A DNA stretch of 64,000 nucleotides from Phenylobacterium sp. GTDB lineage: Bacteria > Pseudomonadota > Alphaproteobacteria > Caulobacterales > Caulobacteraceae. The notes under the pieces are model-generated. The model saw only the letters and a program-made list of their open reading frames with translations. It did no database searches and was not told the origin of the DNA. A program made the position numbers and the translations under genes. Shown here piece after piece: positions 57,094-64,000 of the stretch (its first letter is position 1; each line of letters starts with the position of its first letter). The stretch is taken from the NCBI RefSeq assembly GCF_020402745.1, contig NZ_JADBYZ010000024.1; one strand, written 5' to 3'.

Positions 57094-57666
57094 TCAGGCC
57101 TGGCCCGCTTCGGCGGTCAGGAAGGAAGGGTCCACGCCCAGGCGGCCAAGGGCTGCCGCCCAGATCTCATGCAGCGGCGTCTCGAAGACGATCGCCTCGT
57201 CAGCCGGGCAGGTCAGCCAGACATTCCGCCGGATCTCCTGCTCCAACTGGCCCGGCCCCCATCCGGCGTAGCCCAGGGCCAGACGCGACCGGCGCGGAGT
57301 CCCGTCGTTGCGGGATATCGCCTCAAGGGCCTCCCGGGTCGGGGTGCAGGCCAGGCCGCCCGGCGTGTGCAGGGTGGCGCCATCCGTCGCCCGGAAATCA
57401 TCGCTGTGCAGGACAAAGCCCCGCTCGGTCTGGACCGGGCCGCCCAGCAGCACGCCTTCGGTTTGGCGCGTCTCGGGGCAGGGGATCGAGAGCTGCTCGA
57501 GAACCTCGCCCAGCATCAGGCTCCGCAGGGGATGGTTCAGAACCAGTCCCATGGCGTGCTCGGCGTCATGCGCGAAAATGAGCGCCACCGCGCGCTCAAA
57601 GCGCGGATCGCCGATCGCCGGCAGGGCGATGAGGAGCTGGCCGGAGAGATAGGACGCGGGATCCAT
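57094..57666 (-). CDS. YqgE/AlgH family protein (UPF0301)
   Basis: 190 aa. Examples of the sequence are LLIALPAIGDPRFERAVALIFAHDAEHAMGLVLN and GYAGWGPGQLEQEI. Confidence 0.82.
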   Translation of the reverse strand: MDPASYLSGQLLIALPAIGDPRFERAVALIFAHDAEHAMGLVLNHPLRSLMLGEVLEQLSIPCPETRQTEGVLLGGPVQTERGFVLHSDDFRATDGATLHTPGGLACTPTREALEAISRNDGTPRRSRLALGYAGWGPGQLEQEIRRNVWLTCPADEAIVFETPLHEIWAAALGRLGVDPSFLTAEAGQA

Positions 57667-57789
57667 GTGCGGTTTCTCCGACGGTCTTGGGGCGGATTCA
57701 AGACGCCGAATGACACTTGGCCATTGCGGGGCCGCACCGAGGGGTTATCAGTGTCCATTCCCTTACGAACAGAGCCCCGGAGACAGGCC

Positions 57790-58272
57790 ATGACCCTTAA
57801 GGTCGGAGATACGCTTCCCGCCGCCAACCTCATCGCCGGTACGGCCGAGGGGCCAAAGCCCACCTCCGTCGACGAGGTCTTCAAAGGCCGCAAGGTGGCC
57901 TTCTTCGCCGTTCCGGGCGCCTTTACTCCGACCTGCTCGGCGCGGCACCTGCCGGGCTACAAGGACCTGGCCGCCGACCTGAAGGCCAAGGGCGTTGACG
58001 CCATCGTGTGCCTGTCAGTGAACGACGCCTTTGTGATGAAGGCCTGGGGCGAGAGCCAGGGCGTACTGGGCGAGATCGAGATGATCGCCGATCCGGCGGG
58101 CGACTTCACCAAGGCCGTGGACCTGACCATGGACGGTTCCAAGTTCGGCCTGGGCCTGCGCTCACAGCGCTACTCGATGTATGTCGTCAACGGTGTCGTA
58201 AAGCAGCTCAACATCGAGGCGGCGGGCGAGTTCAAGGTCTCGGCCGCCGACTACCTGCTCGCCCAGATTTGA
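57790..58272 (+). CDS. Peroxiredoxin (Prx5/type II-like)
   Basis: I placed the start at ATG 57790 (MTLKVGDTLP...). The peroxidatic Cys sits in AVPGAFTPTCS. 160 aa. Confidence 0.9.
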   Translation: MTLKVGDTLPAANLIAGTAEGPKPTSVDEVFKGRKVAFFAVPGAFTPTCSARHLPGYKDLAADLKAKGVDAIVCLSVNDAFVMKAWGESQGVLGEIEMIADPAGDFTKAVDLTMDGSKFGLGLRSQRYSMYVVNGVVKQLNIEAAGEFKVSAADYLLAQI

Positions 58273-58367
58273 ACTCGCGTCAGGCCCCGCCCAAAGCGGC
58301 GGGGCTTGACCGCCGCGCCTCCCCGGTCCGAAGTACGGACCAACAACAGACGGGGGGAGGGCGAACC

Positions 58368-59549
58368 ATGCCCTATGTCGAGGGTTTCACGGTCCATGAC
58401 GCGGATTCGCATGTCATGGAGCTGCCCGGAGAAATCGACCGATATGTCGAGCCGGGCCTGAGGGCGGCCTTCTCCGAGGCGATTCGCAAGCCTGGCGACC
58501 TGACCGGTTGGGAGGACAAGGCCCGCGCCCTACAGGATGATCCCGAATTCCGGTCGGGCGATGAGGCCAACCTGCTCCTGCGCAAGAACTACCAGGCCCT
58601 GGGCGCCTTCCGCCGGGAGGATCGGCCGCGCTCCCTCGACCTGCTCGGTTTCGCCAGCCAGCTGGTCTTCACCACCCACGCCCTGGGCAACTATGGCCTC
58701 GAGGAATCAGGACAGGCCGAGCTGGCCCTGGCCGGAGCCCGGGCCCACAATCGCATGATGGCCGACTTCTGCTCAGTCGACCGCCGGCTGCTGGCGACGG
58801 GCTATGTCCCCCTCCTGGACATCGAGGCGGCGCCCCGGATCGCCCGGGAGGCTATCGACCTCGGCTGTCGGGGCTTGATGGTCCCCTCGCGCTGTCCTCC
58901 CGGTCACAGCCCTTCCCATGTGGGCCTCGACCCGCTCTGGGCCCTCCTCGAGGAAGCCGGCCTGCCGGTCCTCTTCCACGTGGGCGGGGAGGAGAAGATG
59001 AATCCCGCCTACTTCGAAAACGGTCTGCCCCGGGTCCTCGACTTCCACGGCGGCGCCGAGAATTTCACCTCCCTGTCCTTCATGACCATCCCGGTCGCGG
59101 TCTGGCAGACCCTGGCGGCCCTGGTCTTCGACGGGGTCTTCGACCGGTTCCCCCGCCTGAAGTTCGGGGCCATCGAGCTGGGCGCCTCCTGGGTCCCGAG
59201 CCTGATGAAGTTCATGGACTCCGGGGCGGCGGCCTTTGGTCGCGAGGAGCGGCTCCAGCGGCTTTCGGCCCGGCCGAGCGAGATTCTACAGCGCCAGTTC
59301 CGCGCGACGCCCTATCCCCATGAAGGTGTCGCCTGGATCATCGCCAACGCTGGCGAGGACGTCTGTTTGTTCTCTTCGGACTTTCCCCACATCGAGGGCG
59401 GCCGCAACCCGCTGAAGCGCTTTGGGGAGTCCTTAGAAGGCGTCGGTGAGTCGGCCCGCCGGCGGTTCTGGCGAGATAACTTCATCGACCTGATGGGCGC
59501 CGGCCTGCCCGCCGAGCTGCATGACGTTCCCGGACTTCAGGCCGCCTGA
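58368..59549 (+). CDS. Amidohydrolase-2 family metal-dependent hydrolase
   Basis: I placed the start at ATG 58368 (MPYVEGFTVHDADSHVMELP). It has His/Asp metal ligand contexts (FHVGGEE, SSDFPHIEG). 393 aa. Confidence 0.7.
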   Translation: MPYVEGFTVHDADSHVMELPGEIDRYVEPGLRAAFSEAIRKPGDLTGWEDKARALQDDPEFRSGDEANLLLRKNYQALGAFRREDRPRSLDLLGFASQLVFTTHALGNYGLEESGQAELALAGARAHNRMMADFCSVDRRLLATGYVPLLDIEAAPRIAREAIDLGCRGLMVPSRCPPGHSPSHVGLDPLWALLEEAGLPVLFHVGGEEKMNPAYFENGLPRVLDFHGGAENFTSLSFMTIPVAVWQTLAALVFDGVFDRFPRLKFGAIELGASWVPSLMKFMDSGAAAFGREERLQRLSARPSEILQRQFRATPYPHEGVAWIIANAGEDVCLFSSDFPHIEGGRNPLKRFGESLEGVGESARRRFWRDNFIDLMGAGLPAELHDVPGLQAA

Positions 59550-59585
59550 TCCTGCTGCTGACGATTGCCGCCGACTTGAATACTG

Positions 59586-61427
59586 GTGACCTCACCGCCA
59601 GATCCGTGGCTCGTGGAGCCACGGACAGGAGTTGTGCCCCGAATGTTCGCTTCTCTTGCGCGCGACCTTCGCTTCGCTTCCGGACTTTTTCGCACCTTGG
59701 GGCGGGTGAGGGGAATTCATCCCGCCAGTCCGCGCCGTATCTGCGACGACCTTGAGGCGGCTGCGGCGCGCTGGAATGATCGCGAGGCCCTGAGGTTCGA
59801 GGGGCGCAGCCTGACCTACGCCGGGATGGAGGCTCTGGCCAACCGGTTCGCCCGCTGGGCGCTGGAGGCGGGGCTGAAGCCCGGCGACCGGGTCGCCCTC
59901 TTCCTGCCGAACCGCATCGAGTATCTGCCGGCGTGGTACGGCCTCTCCAAGGTCGGCGTCGTCTCGGCCCTGATCAACAACCAGCTGACCGGCCAGGCCC
60001 TGGCCCACTGCCTGACCCTGGCGGGCGCCCATGAAGTCATCGTGGACGCCGAGACGTCGCCCGCCCTCCAGGACATCCTCGGCGACCTGGAACACACGCC
60101 CCGGCTCTGGAGCCTGGACGCGCCGCTCCCCGGCGAGGGCGACCTCACCACAGACCTTGCCGGGCGATCCGCCGATCCGCCGCCTGCGGCCGTTCGCGAC
60201 GGACTCAAGGCCGGGGACACCGCCCTGCTGATCTATACCTCCGGGACCACCGGCCTGCCGAAGGCGGCGCGGGTGACCCATGTCCGGGTGCAGCTCTACA
60301 TGCGGGGATTTGCAGGGTCGACGGGGGCTCGCTCTGATGACCGGATCTATGTCGCCCTTCCCCTCTACCACGCCACCGGCGGGCTCTGCGGCATGGGGGC
60401 GGCCCTTCTGAACGGCGCCTGTGTGGTCCTCAAGCGGCGCTTCTCGGCCACACAGTTCTGGGAGGACATACGGCGGGAGGGTTGCACGCAGTTCGTCTAT
60501 ATCGGCGAACTCTGCCGGTACCTTGCGAACCAGCCGCCACACCCGGATGAGAGGGCGCACAAGCTTCGCCTGGCCTTCGGGAACGGCCTGCGGCCGGATG
60601 TCTGGGACAAGGTCACCGGTCGCTTCGGCGTTCCCCGGGTCCTCGAGTTCTACGGCTCGACGGAAGGCAATGTTTCCTTCTTCAACTTCGATGGCCGTCC
60701 CGGCGCCATCGGCCGTCTTCCTGCTCTTCTTCGGCGTCGGTTCAACGGCCGGATCGTCCGCTTTGACTACGAAGCCGAGGCGCCCCTGCGCGGGCCGGAC
60801 GGCTACTGCCAAGAGGCGGCTCCTGGGGAGGCGGGAGAATGCCTGGGTCGCATCGATTCCTCGGACCCTCGGGCGGACTACACGGGCTATCTCGACAAGG
60901 CCGCTTCCGAGAAAAAGGTGCTGAGGGATGTCTTCACGCCGGGCGACGCCTGGTTCCGGACCGGCGACCTCCTGCGCCAGGACGAGGATGGCTACGTCTT
61001 CTTTGTCGACCGGGTCGGCGACACCTTCCGGTGGAAGGGGGAGAATGTCTCAACCGCCGAGGTGGCCTTGCGTCTACAGGCCGTTCCTGGCGTGATCGAG
61101 GCGAATGTCTACGGGGTGGAGGTGCCCAAGGCCGATGGGCGGGCCGGAATGGCGGCCCTGGTGACCGGCGAGGACTTCGATCTCGGGATCCTGGCGGCCC
61201 GCATCGCCGCCGACCTGCCCGAGTACGCCCGTCCCGCCTTCTTGAGGCTCCAGCCCGAGATGGCCGTCACCGGCACCTTCAAGCAGCGCAAGGTGGAGCT
61301 CGTGGCCGAGGGGTTTGATCCGGCGAAGGTCGCCGCCCCCTTGTTCCACCGGGCCGCCGATGGCGGTTATCGTCCACTGGACACCGCTGTTTACGGGGAG
61401 ATCGTCAACGGCCGTATCCGGATCTGA
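59586..61427 (+). CDS. FATP-like long-chain/very-long-chain acyl-CoA synthetase
   Basis: It has the AMP-binding motif LIYTSGTTGLPKA, a later TGD in WFRTGDLL, and FRWKGENVST, which is typical of the FATP subfamily. An alternative start is ATG 59643. Confidence 0.88.
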   Translation: MTSPPDPWLVEPRTGVVPRMFASLARDLRFASGLFRTLGRVRGIHPASPRRICDDLEAAAARWNDREALRFEGRSLTYAGMEALANRFARWALEAGLKPGDRVALFLPNRIEYLPAWYGLSKVGVVSALINNQLTGQALAHCLTLAGAHEVIVDAETSPALQDILGDLEHTPRLWSLDAPLPGEGDLTTDLAGRSADPPPAAVRDGLKAGDTALLIYTSGTTGLPKAARVTHVRVQLYMRGFAGSTGARSDDRIYVALPLYHATGGLCGMGAALLNGACVVLKRRFSATQFWEDIRREGCTQFVYIGELCRYLANQPPHPDERAHKLRLAFGNGLRPDVWDKVTGRFGVPRVLEFYGSTEGNVSFFNFDGRPGAIGRLPALLRRRFNGRIVRFDYEAEAPLRGPDGYCQEAAPGEAGECLGRIDSSDPRADYTGYLDKAASEKKVLRDVFTPGDAWFRTGDLLRQDEDGYVFFVDRVGDTFRWKGENVSTAEVALRLQAVPGVIEANVYGVEVPKADGRAGMAALVTGEDFDLGILAARIAADLPEYARPAFLRLQPEMAVTGTFKQRKVELVAEGFDPAKVAAPLFHRAADGGYRPLDTAVYGEIVNGRIRI

Positions 61428-61491
61428 GAAAAGTACTTTACGTTTCAAAGTTACCTTGTAGGTTGGCTCCAACGTTTTCACGGAGCCTGCC
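61428..61491 (+). promoter_or_regulatory. AT-richer spacer with palindromes (candidate promoter/operator of the membrane protein-wHTH operon)
   Basis: A perfect 10-bp palindrome AAAGTACTTT lies at 61430-61439, and a third AAAGT half-site at 61447-61451. A near-palindrome GTTGGCTCCAAC lies at 61462-61473. Confidence 0.3.
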
Positions 61492-62109
61492 ATGACGGAT
61501 GCCCAAACTCAGATCGGTGAGGATCTCGCCTACCTCAAGACCCTGGCCGAGGAGGGGCGCGGCGCCCCCGTGCTCGCCGGTCCCTACATGGCCCTTGCGG
61601 GAGGCGTCTTCGGGATCACCAGCCTTCTCGCCTTCGCGATCCAGGTGGGGCTTCTGCCCCTGCCGGCGCCAGCCCTCGGCTGGATCTGGCTGGCCAGCGG
61701 GCTGGCCTTCGCCCTCGCCCTTCCAGCGCTGAACCGCAGGACACGAACCCGCCCCGGAGCCGCCAGCAGCCTGAATGAGTCCATCGGTGTGGTCTGGAAC
61801 CAGGCCGGCATCGCCATCTGGGTTCTCTTCGTCGCCGTGATGGCGGCGGGTTACCGGACTTCGGACTGGGGGGTCTTCAATGTCTTCCCTTCCATCATCC
61901 TGGCCCTCTACGGCCTATGCTGGATGGCGGCCGCCCACCTTGGCAGGACGCACTGGCTGCGCCGCGTCGGGGTCGGCAGCTTCATCGCGGCTGTCGCCGT
62001 GGCGGCGGTCGCAGGTGGGCCGCTGCTCTGGCTCGCCTACGCAGTCGCCCTCTTCGCCCTGGGCCTCGCGCCCGGCCTGATCCTGATGCGCCAGGAAGGC
62101 CGACGGTGA
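61492..62109 (+). CDS. Hypothetical integral membrane protein (about 5 TM)
   Basis: 205 aa with hydrophobic helices throughout and GC3-rich codons. The stop overlaps the downstream GTG (GTGA). Confidence 0.55.
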   Translation: MTDAQTQIGEDLAYLKTLAEEGRGAPVLAGPYMALAGGVFGITSLLAFAIQVGLLPLPAPALGWIWLASGLAFALALPALNRRTRTRPGAASSLNESIGVVWNQAGIAIWVLFVAVMAAGYRTSDWGVFNVFPSIILALYGLCWMAAAHLGRTHWLRRVGVGSFIAAVAVAAVAGGPLLWLAYAVALFALGLAPGLILMRQEGRR

Positions 62110-62408
62110 GTCCGGATCTTGATATCGAGCGGATTGATGAGGTGATCCATGGCCGTATCCGGCTGGGGATCATGGCCTACCTCGCCGGCGCTGGAGCCGC
62201 GGACTTCAGCGAACTGAAGACCCGTCTGTCGGCGACCGACGGGAACCTCTCAGTCCACCTGCGCAAGCTGGAGGATGCGGGCTATGTCGAGATCGAGAAG
62301 GCCTTCGCCGGTCGCCGGCCTCTGACGACGGTCAGGATCAACGACGCCGGTCGCAACGCCTTCGCTTCCTATCTCGAGGCCTTGCGCGGTCTCTTGCCGC
62401 CGACCTGA
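62106..62408 (+). CDS. Small winged-helix transcriptional regulator
   Basis: 100 aa from GTG 62106. The sequence is [54 protein letters not shown], an ArsR/MarR-like wHTH. Confidence 0.7.
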   Translation: MSPDLDIERIDEVIHGRIRLGIMAYLAGAGAADFSELKTRLSATDGNLSVHLRKLEDAGYVEIEKAFAGRRPLTTVRINDAGRNAFASYLEALRGLLPPT

Positions 62409-62462
62409 CACAGGTTCCCGCCCCGGGGTCCCCACCGGGGCGGGAGTCGCCTATACCGGACG

Positions 62463-64000
62463 AATGTCCCTGGACGCCGAAACACCCCCTGCAGCCGAAG
62501 GCGCTTCACTCACCGGCGCCGAGCTGATCCGCGACCAGGTCCGGCGGTTGCCAGATGCGCCTGGCGTCTACCGGATGATGGGCGAGGGCGGCGAGGTCCT
62601 CTATGTGGGCAAGGCCCGCTCGCTGAAGAAGCGGGTCCTGCAGTACGCTCAGGGCCGGTTCCATACCCAGCGCATCGCCCTGATGGTCGATCTGACCCGG
62701 GCCATGGAGTTCGTCACCACGCGGACCGAGACCGACGCCCTCCTGCTCGAGATCAACCTGATCAAGCAGATGAAGCCGCGCTTCAACGTCCTCCTGCGCG
62801 ACGACAAGAGCTTTCCCGAGATCGTCATCCGGCGGGACCATCCCGCCGCCCAGCTGCGAAAGCACCGGGGCGCCCACACCCTCAAGGGGGACTATTTCGG
62901 GCCCTTCGCCTCGGCGAACGCCGTCAACCGAACCCTCAACACCCTGCAGAAGGCCTTCCTGCTGAGGTCCTGCACCGACAGCGTCTACGAGGGCCGGACC
63001 CGGCCCTGCATGCTGCACCAGATCCGCCGATGCGCCGCTCCGTGCACGGGCGCGATCAGCCTTGAGGACTACGCCGCCCTGGTGGACCAGGCCGAGGACT
63101 TCCTGCGTGGCCGCAGCCGCGCGGTCATGACCCGGCTGTCCGAGGCTATGCAGGCGGCCTCCGACGAGATGGAGTTCGAGCAGGCGGCCCGTCTTCGCGA
63201 CCGCATCCGCGCCCTGGCGGCCGTGAGCCAGGAGACCCTGGTCAATCCCGAAAGCCTCGAGGAGGCTGACGTCTTCGCCCTGCACAGCGACGGCGGCCAG
63301 GCCTGCGTCCAGGTCTTCTTCTTCCGGGCGGGCCAGAACTGGGGCAACCGGGCCTACTTCCCCCGCATCGACCGCACCGACCCGGACCCGGCGATCCTGG
63401 CGGCCTTCATCGGCCAGTTCTATGACGACCGGCCGATCCCGAAGCTCATCCTGGTCAGCTGTGAGCCTGACGAGGTTGAGCTCCTGGCCGAGGCCTTCAG
63501 CCTGAAGTCTGGCCGCAGGGTCGAGATCCGCCGGCCAGAACGTGGCGAGAAGCGCGGCCTGGTCGACGAGGCCCTGACCAATGCCCGGGAGGCCCTGGGC
63601 CGCCGGCTGGCCGAAGGGTCGGCCCATTCGAAGCTGCTGGCCGGAGTCGCGGAGGCCTTTGGCCTGGACGCTTCCCCGGAGCGGATCGAGGTCTATGACA
63701 ACAGCCACATCATGGGGACCAACGCCGTTGGCGGCATGATCGTCGCCGGGCCGGACGGGTTTCAGAAGGCCCAGTACCGCAAGTTCAACATCCGCAGCAC
63801 GGACCTTACCCCCGGGGACGACTACGGCATGATGCGCGAGGTCCTTCGGCGACGCTTCGGCCGCCTGGTCCGTGAGGGCGGTTCCGGCGAAACCACCGTA
63901 CGACCGGACCTGGTGCTGATCGACGGAGGCGGTGGCCAGCTGGGCGCGGCCCTGGAGGTCATGACCGAGCTGGGGGTTGACGACATTCCGGTGGTCGGCG
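62463..64000 (+). CDS. uvrC: Excinuclease ABC subunit C, 3'-truncated by the window edge
   Basis: This ORF is not in the track because the frame runs off the window. ATG 62463 gives MSLDAETPP...[26 protein letters not shown] (GIY-YIG). This is followed by the Cys-containing region [27 protein letters not shown] and a UVR domain. Confidence 0.93.

Noticed and set aside
57087-57103. Palindrome CCAGGCC-tca-GGCCTGG overlapping the yqgE stop codon, and other GC-rich mini-stems in the 205-bp convergent spacer 56889-57093.
   Set aside because: These are short stems with 3-nt loops in 70 percent GC DNA, which are expected by chance. There is no U-tract and no evidence for an sRNA.
62506-63708. 400-aa minus-strand ORF.
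   Set aside because: It is antisense to uvrC. The plus-strand frame from 62463 gives an unmistakable GIY-YIG N-terminus and runs off the window, which is why it is missing from the track.

Overview
This is a 64 kb, very GC-rich chromosomal segment. Its gene content and synteny look like an alphaproteobacterium, possibly Caulobacterales; that assignment is an inference with no database search behind it. All gene calls rest on motifs and domain order read from the supplied translations and on codon-level reading of the DNA.

Most of the window is densely packed housekeeping genes:
- An NDP-sugar modification cluster lies at the left edge: dehydratase 3' end, C-methyltransferase, RmlC-like epimerase and an SDR. 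Opposite it sit a GT4 glycosyltransferase and a TPR/GT41-like protein.
- The phosphate regulon is complete: phoR-pstC-pstA-pstB-phoU-phoB, with a textbook Pho box upstream. purD follows.
- A 1149-aa RTX-type calcium-binding repeat protein has a type I secretion-like C-terminus.
- A lipid A/Kdo locus runs lpxK-waaA-[CDF transporter]-DUF374-msbA, with a divergent PTP-fold phosphatase.
- Further genes include pmbA, a MAPEG protein, ggt, a trypsin-like protease, a translationally coupled desaturase/methyltransferase pair, an OmpA lipoprotein, ubiA, an ABC exporter, ppk2, rsmE, gshA, a POT transporter and tldD.
- An aa3 cytochrome oxidase cluster runs coxB-ctaD-ctaB-small ORF-ctaG-ctaE-DUF983-surf1.
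- The right end carries thrC, an M16 peptidase, a GNAT, yqgE, a peroxiredoxin, an amidohydrolase, a FATP-like acyl-CoA synthetase, a membrane protein/wHTH pair and the 5' part of uvrC.

Two clear anomalies stand out:
1. A roughly 0.85 kb islet at 39384-40230 has drastically lower G+C. It carries one promoterless orphan membrane-protein gene and is bracketed by 57-bp direct repeats that duplicate the 3' end of the host methyltransferase gene.
2. A cytochrome P450 gene is interrupted by a 109-bp MITE-like insertion with imperfect terminal inverted repeats and an 8-bp target duplication. The insertion keeps the frame but introduces a TAA stop.

I saw no rRNA, tRNA, CRISPR array, integrase or transposase. 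Many long ORFs in the supplied track are antisense artefacts of the high G+C content and were rejected.
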